DNA of 64,000 nucleotides from the human T2T-CHM13v2.0 reference genome, Homo sapiens. A program made the translations under genes and the position numbers. Every line of letters starts with the position of its first letter. Position 1 is the stretch's first letter. The DNA lies in the NCBI RefSeq assembly GCF_009914755.1, contig NC_060940.1, one strand, 5' to 3'. Of the stretch, positions 52,030 through 64,000 are shown piece after piece. The notes below the pieces were generated by a model. It did no database searches. It was not told the DNA's origin and was given only the letters and a program-made list of their open reading frames with translations.

Positions 52030-52447
52030 TGGGACCCAGCCCCTTCTCTCTTTCCCCATGATCACCTCTCAGGCTATGCTCAGGCTACCTTGCAATTAAA
52101 TGTGCCCAAATGGGCCATGTGCTCATGTCTGTACCTTTGCATGTGTTATTCCCTCTGCCTAGAGCATTTTCTCCTCCAACCCTTCCTATCCCACTGTCGC
52201 ATACATTCAAATCTACTGCAACCAAATCTAGACAATTTCTGCTTCTTCCAGAATGATTTTCCTCCCCCACTCCCCAGGGCTGAATTGGGCACTCCTCATC
52301 TCTGTTTTCACAAATGAAGTATCTCCACTCTACACTAAAAACCCCATGAAGGTAGGGACCAAATATCCATTGTCCTGTGCTCCATCCATAGCATATAACA
52401 TGGTGCCTGGAACATACGAGGTGCTCGATAAATATGAGTGGAATAAA
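52030..52447 (+). mobile_element. L2 3' portion
   Basis: TTCCCTCTGCCTAGA...CCATGAAGGTAGGGACC...GTGCCTGGAACATA..GGTGCTCGATAAATAT. Confidence 0.8.
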
Positions 52448-52551
52448 AATGGCTGTGATATCCCTTATAAGCCCTCTCCTCAAGTCATCTGCTATTTGTC
52501 TCTATGTGTCTGTGTCCCTGTTGTTATTCCTGAGCCTTTAGTAAGGTCCTA

Positions 52552-52733
52552 TTTTTTTAATTGCATAAATTTTGGGGGTACAAGTACAACTTTGTTACAT
52601 GCATAGATTGCACAGTGGTCAAGTCAGGGCTTTTAGAGTATCCATCACCCAAATAATGTACATTGTACCTATTAAGTAATTATTCATCATCCACCTCCTT
52701 TCACCCCCTCACCTTCCTGGGTCTTCATTGTCT
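52552..52733 (-). mobile_element. L1PB4-like 3' end
   Basis: GGGTACAAGTACAACTTTGTTACATG...AGGGCTTTTAG...ATGTACATTGTACC. Confidence 0.82.
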
Positions 52734-54198
52734 GTCCTAAGGTTGTATTTAAATGTTCCCACCTGGCCTCCCTGTACTATGGGGAACAATGTATTAAAAT
52801 ATAAGTGTGCAAATTATGAGTAGCAGAGCATTAAGAGAGGAGAATTTTGCTCATTGAGGCTTGGATGGCCATAATTAGTAACTGACTCCCAAAGCACAGT
52901 GAATTTTAGAAACAAGAGTTTGTTGAGGTTACAGAAGCACCTTTTCCTCCATTGCTAAGCTTGAAGGACCTGGAACTGAGCTCTTATGACTTTCCTCATG
53001 ATGTCTATCAGTTCTCAAAATTTTTCTCTTTTATACTGAACTACATCCAGACCCTAAGACCAAATTCTCCCTGTAATAGACATGAGGGTAAGGGTGAAGA
53101 GCGAAAATGATGTGTTCAGCAGATAAGTAAGTACAGGTTGGAGTACAGCTTCATGGGAAGGAAGAGATGTGCTAGACGTCAGACTCAGGCTGAAACGTTT
53201 TTACATTATTCTTAGGCATTTAGCAGATGGAGGCATAAGGACCTGCCTAATTTAGGAAATTTGATTTGAACTACCTGGTCTAACCAAGGTTTCCACTTCC
53301 CACTACTGCATTTGGTGTAGGGTCAATGAGCTGAAGTTTGTGAACCCATGTTGCTTCTGTCTTCCCTTAAATGTTATCACATAGAGGAGGGAGCTACCCC
53401 ACAACAGGGGAAAAAATATCTTTCAACCCCAACATCCATCCCAGACAAATAAGAACACGGATAAAATAAGAGACTCTTAAAAACTCATTTTGAAAGCCTT
53501 GAATTCTTAACAAAACCTCTGAACAAGTTTCTCCTAGGAGAGGACTGAAATGAAGCCTTTTGAAAACAAAAAAGAAATGGCACATTTGACAAGGGTCAGC
53601 TGGCCAGGCTCCTGTGATGACAGCATTTGGGAGTATTAATATATACCAAGAGCTGTAAATGGTTGCAAAAATGCACATGGATTCCTTGACATAATGTACT
53701 AGCTCACACCATCTGCCACTTTCAGCAGTCAAGGACTGCATACTTGAAATGCTTTCTAATCACTTTCACTTAACAAGGAGTTGGATTCCACACTAATTTT
53801 TGAAAATCTGCCACCAGAACAGTTCTTTAGGGTTGTTGCTCTGGTGACCTTAAGGGATATCTAAGATGAGCAGAAGTCTACTAGAGAATGCCAAGAGTTT
53901 GAAAATGTTTTGTGCTAGTCCACATTGGATACTAAATTGAGTTTCTCTTACACTACTGTTGGCCCCACACTGTAGGTAGGGTAGTGGAATCCCCACAAAC
54001 AAACATGTAGCTTCCACAAGTTCAACTGAATATGCTCAGGAGGAGAAAAAAATGTTTAATATGATATAATCTCCACATGTAAGGCACTCTTTCTCAAGAA
54101 CCTCAAGATCTATTCAACTCAGGAGTCCGTGATTCCAACACCGGGGGAAATGGCAGTGCTGGACTTACTATGAGCTGAGACTCTATACCCCAAACTAC

Positions 54199-54428
54199 AT
54201 TTGCTGTATTTCCTGGTGAATATAAAATACCACAAAAAGGAGAATTTTGATTATATACTAAATTTTTGCCTTACACCTTTAGAGCTTAACCCCAGCCTTA
54301 AGAGTTAGGCCTTTTTGACATTCTTTCCAAGTCCAAAAAAAAACCAGCCCTGTTTTGGAGCCTGGTGAGAATACATGTAAAGAAATGTAGACTAAGCACA
54401 GCTAGTAGATGTGAGGGTCTCTGAGGCA
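54199..54428 (+). repeat. Donor arm of long inverted repeat (pairs with 55441-55664)
   Basis: Reverse complement of 55441-55664 aligns end to end, roughly 90-93% identity by hand. Confidence 0.96.
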
Positions 54429-54589
54429 CTCTCCAACTTACAATGGGTTTTTTGGGGTTTTTTGGTTTTCCCAGGGAAGAGACTTTGGCAACATTTTGCC
54501 AAAAGGTCAGTGTTTAGGCCCAAATAACAGGACTTTCTAAGAAAGAGATAAAGATTTTTCCTATCATCAAGAAGATCATGAGATATAAT

Positions 54590-54945
54590 ATTCTGCAGCC
54601 ATAAAAAAGAACAAAATCGTGTCCTTTGTAGCAACGTAGATGCAGATAGAGGCCATTATCCTAAGTGAATTAACAAAGCAGAAAACCAAATACTGAATGT
54701 TCTCACTTATAAGTGGAAGCTAAACTTTGGGCACTCAGGGACATAAAGAGAGAAACAATAGATACTGGGGACTACTTGGGGCAGGGAGGGGAGACAAGGG
54801 TGAAAAACTAACTATTGAGTATTATGCTCACTACCTGGATGATGGGATCAGTCGTACCCCAAACCTCCACACCAGGCAACATACCCAGGTAACAAACCTG
54901 CACGTGTGCCACCTGAATCTAAAATAAAAGTTGAAATTATACTAT
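54590..54945 (+). mobile_element. L1PA16-like 3' end
   Basis: CAGCCATAAAAAAGAAC...TGAAAAACTAACTATTG...TAACAAACCTGCAC...TGAATCTAAAATAAAAGTTGAA. Confidence 0.9.
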
Positions 54946-55226
54946 TTAAAACAGAAATGGCTGAATGAAATAAATGATAACTAAGTTAAAAAAATAAAAT
55001 GACTAAATTTAAAAATGACTAAATTTTTAAAATTTAAAAAGGATAGAGAGAATTAATCCCAGATCAGCACCCTTACATACCCTGAAGAGATGTGAGCCAG
55101 AACCACTCACTAGCATTGAAACAGGGGCAGTTACATCATCAGACTTTTATGTATAAGCTGCAGATTTTTGTCCCTACCTCAGTGGAATGGTCTTTGGGGT
55201 CATATTGTCCAAATGGACTGACTTGA

Positions 55227-55765
<539 letters not shown>

Positions 55766-55899
55766 AGATTCCACTGCTTTCTATTAGTTTCTAGATACAG
55801 TCACCATACAATGAACTCATTGCCCACAAAAGTCTCAAATGCATCTGTAGCCAGAACAGTCTCTGTCATTTGGGCATCAAACTAGATCTCAAACAGACT

Positions 55900-56297
55900 A
55901 TGACCATCAGAATAAGCCAGAATATGTTCTGGAAACAATTCCAAAAGCTCAGGGACTTAAAGCAGGAGACAGCGTTACTCATAATACAAATCCATCCCAG
56001 GTCGGTAGAGGAGCTCAGTTCACTTTAGTCACTCAGAGATGCAGGCAGATGGAACAGCCACCACCCCAAATCTTGACAGTCACTGTGCCAGAGGAAAAGA
56101 AGCTCTGGACAGTCTTGCACCAGCAGCAAAATACGTCAGCCTGGAAAAGACAAATAGTACTTTCACTTACCACTCAACAAGCTGAACTGTTGCCTGGCCC
56201 CATCCAACCATTAGGGGCACAGGAAGTGCAATCCTACCACATGTCTGGGAGGCAGAGAGCTGAAAATATTTGGTAAGGATTGCTAAGGACTGCTATA
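55900..56297 (-). mobile_element. MLT1I/J-like LTR
   Basis: AGTCACTCAG...CAGGCAGATGGA..CAGCCACCA...TGGCCCCATCCAACCA...GAAGTGCAATCCTACCA...AAATATTTGGT. Confidence 0.75.
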
Positions 56298-56667
56298 TTC
56301 ATTTGCGATGTCACTCACACTTTCTTTGCTATCTTCCCCAGTTGTCTTAAAAATCACAAAGCAGTCTGTTTGACTAGATCCGGTGAACTCACTAGAGCAG
56401 TAAAAAACCCTTGGGCTGATAGGTTGCCCAGAGTACTAGAAAAGCATTACTGCCCAAAATGAAATGTTGCTCCTTATAGATGTCTTTTTATCCTCTATCC
56501 CGGTGTGTGGGGAATGAGTTTTCCATCATTCCTATCTTACAGTCTCCATTCTTGACTTTAATTCTCATATTTTTCCAAAACTTCTTTATCTTCCTTCCTT
56601 TCTAAGAAATGATGTTTTGTTCAGATGGGACAAAACATTTATTTATCTCAAAAGCATAATTATATAA

Positions 56668-56790
56668 ATCATAGAATGAGGCAGTGGGGATTGTAGGCTT
56701 AAAATTCAGAATAGAATAATTTTTTCATTTTACAGGTAAGAAAACTGAGACCCAGAGAAGAAAAGTTATTTTTCAACATGAGTCGAGCCT
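56668..56790 (-). mobile_element. MIR3-like fragment
   Basis: AATCATAGAAT...TCATTTTACAGGTAAGAAAACTGAGACCCAGAGA. Confidence 0.7.
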
Positions 56791-58217
56791 CCTCTTTCTC
56801 CCCAAACCATGTGTCACTCTACAGAGACCCCAAAAGAGATTTATTTTGCCCAACAATCATAAGAAAAAAACCAAACAGGGGCTAGTACTATGGAACATGG
56901 GGAAAGAAGGGAAGACAGAAATTGAGTCAGTGTTTAAGAAAAAAACTGGGAATGCTTTTCTACATTCAACATTTCCCAAGGTCATGTTTTGCAAGGCTGA
57001 TGATTTACCCTCCCCATTTCTCCCTCTTCATTTTCTTTGTACTCACACACAAAAAGACACAAACTCAACAACAACAAGGATGTGAAACCATTTCATTGGG
57101 CATTTGAATACAGCTGGGTCATAAAAGAAAGTGACCACTGACTCATTATTTTTTAACGTGAAAGGAAAAAACAGGGACTCCTGCAACATCAAGCATGTGC
57201 TTACTATCGACTTTTCCCCTGTGAATGGTGTTTTCCCTGGGAATGGCATTCTTATTACTATTCATAAAACTAGTGTCAAAATCAAATGATAAATAACACC
57301 TCTGGCCTTGGGCACCTACCTCTTCATAAGCACAAATTGCATTATAACCTCTCTTCTAGCTCTTTGATATTTGACAGATATTTAAAGTAAATATCAGTCC
57401 TATAGAACATCTGCATAATCTTAAGGATGGTTATAGTCATGTGAATAATAATACTAGATTAGGGACTGCAGGATAAAGTCAGTGTTAACTCCAGGTCATA
57501 ATTTGAAAGCTAGACCTGTAACCTGCCGCTCTAATTACACTAGTCCTCTGTCCCCTGATTACACATACATGTGTTGTGGCTTTCAATGGAAGGAACAAGG
57601 CATTTTAGAGAAGCAACAAAAGTGCTCTTGTCAATTAGAGCAGCTATTAATACTAATTGTGCTTTAGAATTCTCACAACAACGTTAGAGACCCTAATTAA
57701 TACACCACCGTTCACAGAGATATGATGAAACCTGGGTGTTACTCACACCAGTCTAATAACTAGTCTGGTTGTGATGTGGACTGGCTCAGAGTTAGAATTT
57801 TAAGTACCACACAGAAAAGAAATTAGCATTCTTCAGTCTCCTGTTGCAATGGGGGTGAGAGGAGCTGGCCTGAACTACAGAGCTGTAGTGGAAGGCACGT
57901 AAAGCCCCTGAAAGGGGAATCTTGCTTTCCAAATCTTTTGATAAATGGAAGGGCTTTCCAAGTGTTGTCAATCTAAATGAACACAGCAGGGAGTGTAGCC
58001 TGGGAATGTTCACCCTCATGGTCAAACTCCAAACAGAGAAAGAGAATTGCAAGTTGGCGTCCAAAGACCGACTTCTGCTTCTCATCTAGGAGATAAATCT
58101 GAGCACAGAGTTCTAGAAAAGAGGAAGGAATTTGATAGAATTAAGAGCTTCCCTTGAAAGGAGGGAGGGGATTTGCACTTGTAAATAAGGTGCTTATTTT
58201 TGACACCTGTTGAGAGA

Positions 58218-58220
<3 letters not shown>

Positions 58221-58266
<46 letters not shown>
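58221..58266 (+). repeat. (CA)23 perfect microsatellite
   Basis: Direct read. Confidence 0.98.
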
Positions 58267-58271
<5 letters not shown>

Positions 58272-59344
58272 CTATTCTACTGGGCCATGCTCTGCAGAGT
58301 GGCATTGGTCCACCTATGCAGCATTTCATCTCCTGGTAGAGCCCAACTTTTCACACATCTCAGCGGGCCAAGAGACTTTTGCAGATGATAAAACAAACTC
58401 CCTTCACTTAACTTAAATTTACATCAAGGTTGTTGCACAACAGATTTGGGCAGAGAGCACTTAAGTTAGGGGTTTTTGCTGATCTACTAGTATTTTTTTA
58501 GGTCCTTGCTTGTCTTTGACCTCTAACCACTGCACCATCTTACCATGCAACATTTCCCTGCCCACACCTTACAATCAGGGACTTGTCACAGAAATTCATT
58601 ATTACGTGCAATCATGCTCTTAACAGGTAAGACCTAACTGATGTCTTCTCTTGGTTGGTGGGCTCAAGGCTTAACAATGTCATCAATCTTCAGGGCCTGG
58701 GTGGATGGCAGGATGCTTGGGAAGGGGTCAGTGTCTTGGCCCACGATAAGACTTCATCAGGATGTCTCATCCAACGTGGCAACTTCTCTCAGTGACATGA
58801 ACCAGTCATTTTACTACTCCGTGTTACTGTTTCCTCAATTCTTAAAAGAAGATACTAATTACTGCCCCCAGTTCCTCATAAGGATGTTACAGAGAGGAAA
58901 GAATATGAATCCCTTTGGAGGAAGGAAAGGAGTTATATCAAAATTGGATGTCATTAATTAACTAAAGGAGAGGTTTTTAAAAACGTTGAGGATAGGTGAG
59001 AGTGGGAAAGGAAAGAAGGGGACATGTGTGCTCAGAACCCACACACCGCTTCTTCTAACCCACACTTTGCATACCTAAGTAGCCCCCAATCTCCTATGGA
59101 AGAAGCTCACATATGGATGTGTGACTGGAGTGTCCATACATTTATTCCAGAGGCTTCTTGTAGAAATAAATACAACCAGGGTGGTATGAGAGGAAAGACA
59201 GACCACACTGGGGGCCCAGAAATAGCTTTCCCAATGCAGAAGTCTAAGGCATTCAAGAACTCTAAATTCAAACCTGGCTTTACAGGTTAGGAAGATATAT
59301 TTGTTAACATAGAAGGATTTCACGTTTTTTAATTTTTTAAAGTA

Positions 59345-59772
59345 ATTTAAACTTTTATTTTAGATTCTGGGTGTATATGTGCAGGTTTGTTACCTGGATG
59401 CATTGCGTGATGCTGAGCTTTGGGGTACAATTGATCCCATCTTGCAGGTAGTGAGCATATTACCCAATAGGTAGTTTTTCAACCTTTGCTTTGACTCTCT
59501 ACCTCTCCCCTCTGCTAGACCCCAGTGTCTATTGCTCCCATCTTCATGTATATGAGTACCCAATGTTTGGCTCCCATTTATAAGTGAGAACATGTGGTAT
59601 TTGGTTTTCTGTTCCTGTGTTAATTCGCTTAGAATAATGGCCTCCAGCTGTACCCCTATTGCTGCAAATGACAGGATTTCATTCTTTTTATGGCTGCATA
59701 GTATTCCATGGGGTATATGCACATTTTCTGCACCTAGTCCACCATTGATGGGCATCTGGGTTGATTCCATGC
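59345..59772 (-). mobile_element. L1PA16-like 3' end
   Basis: TATATGTGCAGGTTTGTTAC...CCCAATAGGTAGTTTTTCAACC...TATAAGTGAGAACATG. Confidence 0.9.
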
Positions 59773-60039
59773 CTTTTATTTAGCATATTTTACATAATAG
59801 TTTGTTAGCTTAATTTATAACTATTTTAGCTATATGGTGAATGGGCCTCCATTTATACTCTTGTCAGGGTCCTGATAATATTAGAAATGGGCCTAGATTC
59901 CAGGGTCAATTAAGTCTGGGAAACATGGAGATAAACACAGTTAAATAAAGTATATCAAAGCCTAAAATATGCATCATGCATTATGCATATCTAAGAAGGG
60001 ATTATGTCATATTGCTCTCACTACAAAGTGCCTTTTTTT

Positions 60040-60510
60040 TTGCATTTTAACATTTCCAAAATCTGAATGTATATTACAATTGTAGTAGGCCAGAAAACAG
60101 CTGTGTCTGAATGTGCATAGAAACTTGCACTGTAGGCGTCAATGGCTTGGACAGAAACCCCAGACACAATAGTGGAGCATGTTTTTAAGAAATATTTTAT
60201 TACCCAAACCCTTGATGACATACAGGAAGATAACATGTGGGAAAACATAAACATCAATGACTCAGAATCAAAAAATGATGCTCAAGAATTGAACTCACAT
60301 GAAGTTTAAGGAAACCTAAGCAATTTAACTTGCTTTAATTTTCTTCTTTAAGTATGCACAAGAGTGATTATGATAAAAATCTAAGTCTACACAAAGATTA
60401 TAAAATTTACAATAAGTATAAAATAAAAATTCCAAGTGCTAAGAAAGAGTTGTTTCTTGGTTTAGTTGGTAGTGGTTTGTCTTTCTTAGTGGAACATAAA
60501 ATAATGGTAT
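60040..60510 (+). mobile_element. TcMar (Tc2/pogo, Kanga-like) DNA transposon remnant
   Basis: 60142-60240 translates MAWTETPDTIVEHVFKKYFITQTLDDIQEDNMW, resembling the pogo/Tc2 transposase C-terminal pattern AW..IP...I..SFKKC.I...LDG.EDD. Confidence 0.6.
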
Positions 60511-63025
60511 GTCTCACTTATAAGTGGGAGCTAAACAATGGATACACATGGACCCAGAGAGTGGAGTAATAGACACTGGAGAATCCAAACGATAGGAGGG
60601 AAGGTGGAGGGTGAGGGATGAAAAATTATCTGTTGGGTACAATGTACACTATTCCAGTGATGGGTTGATATAGTTTGGTTCTGTGTCCCCACCCAAATCT
60701 CACCTCGAATTGTAATAATCCCCATGTGTCAAGGGCAGGACCAGGTGGAGATAATTGAATCATGGGGGCATTTTCCCCCATGCTGTTCTCATGATAGTGA
60801 GTTACTTCTCACGAGATCCTATGGTTTTATAATGGGCTTCCCCCTTTGCTTGGCACTTTTCTCTCCTATTGCCATGTAAGGAAGCATGTGTTTGCTTTCC
60901 TTTCTGCCATGATTGTAAGTTTCCTGAGGCCTCATCAGCTATGCAGAACTATGAGTCAATTAAACCTTTTTCCTTTATAAAATACCCAGTCTCAAGTTTT
61001 TCTTTATAGCAACATGAGAATGGACTAATACAATAAATTGGTACCAGGTAGTGGGGTGCTGCTGTAAAGATACCCGAAAATGTGGAAGCAACCTTGGAAC
61101 TGGATAACAGGCAGAGGTTGGAACGGTTTGGAGGACTCAGAAGAAGACAGAAAAATGTAGGTAAGTTTGGAACTTCCTAGAGACTTGTTGAATGGCTTTG
61201 ACCAAAATGCTGATAGTGATATGGACGATGAAGTTCAGACTGAGGTGGTCTCAGATGGAGATGAGGAACTGCAGTAAAGGTGACTCTTGCTATGCTTTAG
61301 CAAAAAGACTGGTGGCATTTTGCCTCTGCCCTAGAGATCTATGGAACTTTGAACTTGAGAGAGAGGAGTTAGGGCATCTGGTGGAAGAAATTTCTAAGCA
61401 GCAAAGCGTTCAAAAGGAAGCAGAGCATAAAAGTTTGGAAAACTTGCAGCCTGATGAAGCCATAGAAAAGAAAAACCCATTTTCTGGGGAGAAATTCAAG
61501 TCAGCTGCAGAAATTTGCATAAGTCACGAGGAGCTGAATGTTAATCACCAAGACAATGGGGAAAATGTCTCCAGGGCATGTCAGAGACCTTTGCGGCAGC
61601 CCCTTGCATCACAGGCCCAGAAGCCTAGGAGGAAAAAGTGGTTTCCTGGGCCAGGCCCAGGGCCCCCCTACTCTATGCAGCCTTGGGACATGGTGCCCCG
61701 CATCCCAGCTGCTTCAGCTCCAGTCGTGGCTAAAAGGGGACAAGGTACAGCTTGGGCTACTGCTTCAGAGGGTGCAAGCCCCAAGCCTTGGCAGCTTCCA
61801 CGTGGTGTTGGGCCTGTAGATGCACAGAAATCAAGAACTGAGGTTTGGGAACCAACACCTAGATTTCAGAGGATGTGTGGAAATGCCTGGATATCCAGGC
61901 TGCAGGGGCAGAGCCCTCATGAGAACCTCTGCTAGGGCAATGCAGCAGGGAAATGTGGGGTTGGAGCCCCCAGACAGAGTCCCCACTGGGGCACTGCCTA
62001 GTGGAACTGTGAGAAAAGGGCTACCATCCTCCAGGCCCCAGAATGGTAGATCCAACAAGAGCTTGCACCATGCACCTGGAAAAGCCAAAAACATTCAACG
62101 CCAGCCATGGAAGGCAGCCAGGAGTGGGGCTGTACCCTGCAAAGCCATAGGGGCAGAGCTGCCCAAGGCCATGGGAGCCCACCTCTTGCATCAATGTGAC
62201 CTGGATGTGAGACATGGAGTCAAAGGAGATCATTTTGGAACTTCAAGTTTTAATGACTGCCTTATTGAATTTTGGACTTGCATGGAGCCTGTAGCCCCTT
62301 TGTTTTGGCCAATTCCTCTTATTTAGAACAGGTGTATTTACCCAATGCCTGTGTGCACATTATATCTAGGAGGTGAATAACTTGTTTTTGATTTTACAGG
62401 CTCATAGGTGAAAGGGACCTGCCTTGTCTCTGATGAATCTTTGGACTTGGACTTTTGGGTTAATGCTGGAATGAGTTAAGACTTTGGAGGACTGTTGAAA
62501 GGGTGTGATTGTGTTTGGAAATGTGAAGATATGAGATTTGGGAGGGGCCAGGAGTGGAATTACATGGTTTGGGCCCCCCCCCACTAGCCCCTGCCCAAAT
62601 CTCACCTTGCATTGTAATAATCCCCACTTGTCAAAGGCAGGACCAGGTGGAGATAATTGAATCATGGGGGTAGTTTTCCCAATGCTGTTCTCATGATAGG
62701 GAGTTAGTTCTCATGAGGTCTGATGCTTTTATGAGTGGCTTTTCCCTTCACTCACCACTTTTCTCTTCTGCCGCAAAGTGAAGAAGGACATGTTTGCTTC
62801 CCTTTATGCAAGAATTGTAAGTTTTCTGAGGCCTCCCTAGCTGTGGGGAACTGTGAATCAATTAAGCCTCTTCCCTTTATAAATTATCCAGTCTTGGGTA
62901 TTTCTTTATAGCAGCATGAGAACGGACTAATATATGGGTACACCAAAAGCCCAGACCTCATTGCTACACAATATATCCATGTAACAAAACTACACCTGTA
63001 TGCCCTAAACCTATTTTTAAAAATT
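60511..63025 (+). mobile_element. L1PB3/4-like 3' end split by THE1 (pieces 60511-60665 and 62940-63025)
   Basis: GGGTACAATGTACACTATT..GTGATGGGT|ACACCAAAAGCCCAGAC rejoins cleanly once THE1 and one TSD copy are removed. Confidence 0.88.
60666..62934 (+). mobile_element. Full-length THE1 (C/D-type) MaLR element: LTR 60666-61032, internal 61033-62559, LTR 62560-62934
   Basis: Two ~370-bp LTRs, polypurine tract GGGAGGGGCCAGGAGTGGAA before the 3' LTR, perfect 5-bp TSD TGGGT at 60661-60665 and 62935-62939. Confidence 0.96.
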
Positions 63026-63204
63026 TAAATTCATTTGTTAAAAAAGAAAAGCAATTACATGTTTTTATTTAATGTCATTTTGCACTTTAAGAAATATAAT
63101 AGTTTGCAAATTTTCCCAGACATTTTTAAACAGAAAGGCCCTTTTCCTCCAAATCATTACATAAGACTTGTGTTTTCTGGAGCATTTTTTGAGAAAGCTG
63201 CATT

Positions 63205-63375
63205 AAGTTATAGAATACTGAAATGCAGCAGTTGGAAGGAGCTTCAAAGGACCCAAACCCCTCATTTTCAAGGCAGAAAAACTGAGGCACTGAAGGTAAA
63301 GTGACTTTCCCAAGTTTACACAGCACATTAATGTCAGATGTAAAGCAAGAACAGATATCCTGACTCCTGACATAT
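63205..63375 (-). mobile_element. MIR/MIR3
   Basis: CCCTCATTTT...AAAACTGAGGCACTGA..GGTAAAGTGACTTTCCCAAG..TACACAGC. Confidence 0.8.
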
Positions 63376-63544
63376 TTTTTATCCCTAGATCAGTTGAAGC
63401 CTTCCTGGATTATATCAAACTGGTTGTTTCTGACCCAACTAGAATTGGTGAATTAATATTCTACTCATTTTTGTCTTGAAAAATTCAAAACTTGTTTACG
63501 ACTTGTTTGTTGGCCATCAATTTAAAATGGTTGACAGAGACAGA

Positions 63545-64000
63545 AAATTCATCCAGAGGTCTATAAACCCACAGATTCAGGAAGTTCATGAACAGACACA
63601 GAATGAACATTAAGAAAAGTGCACCAAGCATAGTATAAATTACTGAAAGCCAATGATTAGATAAAAAAAGGCCTCAAAAGCAGCCAGAGAAAATGAACAT
63701 GATAGGTTAAAAGCCTAGGGAAAATATATCTTAAAACACTAATCAGATGAAAGCTTCAGTGATTTTATTAATATCAGACTAAGTAGAGTTTAGAACATAC
63801 CAGGAATTTCTAATCATATATTTAGTATTATTACAGATATTATAATAGCTAATGATAAAAAAGTAAGTCACCAAGAAAATCTAACACTCCTAAATGTATA
63901 TGCCCAATAACAGAACTTCAAAATGTGTGAAGCAGGAAGTGACAGAACTAAAAAGAGAAATAGACAAATTCACAATTGTAGGTGGAGATTCCAACAATCC
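63545..64000 (+). mobile_element. Old L1M: ORF1 piece joined to ORF2 endonuclease piece
   Basis: ORF1-like CACAGATTCAGGAAG...AAAGCAGCCAGAGAAAA; EN-like CTAAATGTATATGC and GAAATAGACAAATTCACAATTGTAGGTGGAGATTCCAAC (cf. EIDK..IIVGDFN). Confidence 0.8.

Overview
Primate (human-like) non-coding genomic DNA. I find no supportable protein-coding exon, RNA gene or CRISPR array; the window looks like a gene desert or a large intron. Much of it is recognisable transposon debris: Alu J/S/Y, MIR, L2, L1PA/PB/MA/MC/ME, MaLR (MLT1, THE1), MER21, LTR33, LTR16, MLT2A1, a solo LTR12 (ERV9), and hAT/TcMar remnants. Several insertions are nested and have readable target-site duplications (TSDs). Subfamily names come from recalled consensus sequences, not a RepeatMasker run, so boundaries of old elements are approximate. 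Between the repeats lie repeat-free islands rich in homeobox, POU, E-box and AP-1 motifs, which may be enhancers. The most unusual structures are: (1) a ~225-bp inverted copy of nearby unique sequence (54199-54428) pasted into an Alu (55441-55664) between 18-bp duplicated Alu flanks, creating a long hairpin of apparently unique sequence; (2) a 112-bp ungapped direct duplication (21329/22533) whose first 39 bp are nearly identical and carry a ROR/REV-ERB element in both copies; (3) a 383-bp polypurine Alu tail; (4) a 1.6-kb CA-rich array with ~200-bp higher-order units; (5) a full-length THE1 element with a DUX4-type motif in both LTRs. I see no evidence of a novel multi-gene system.
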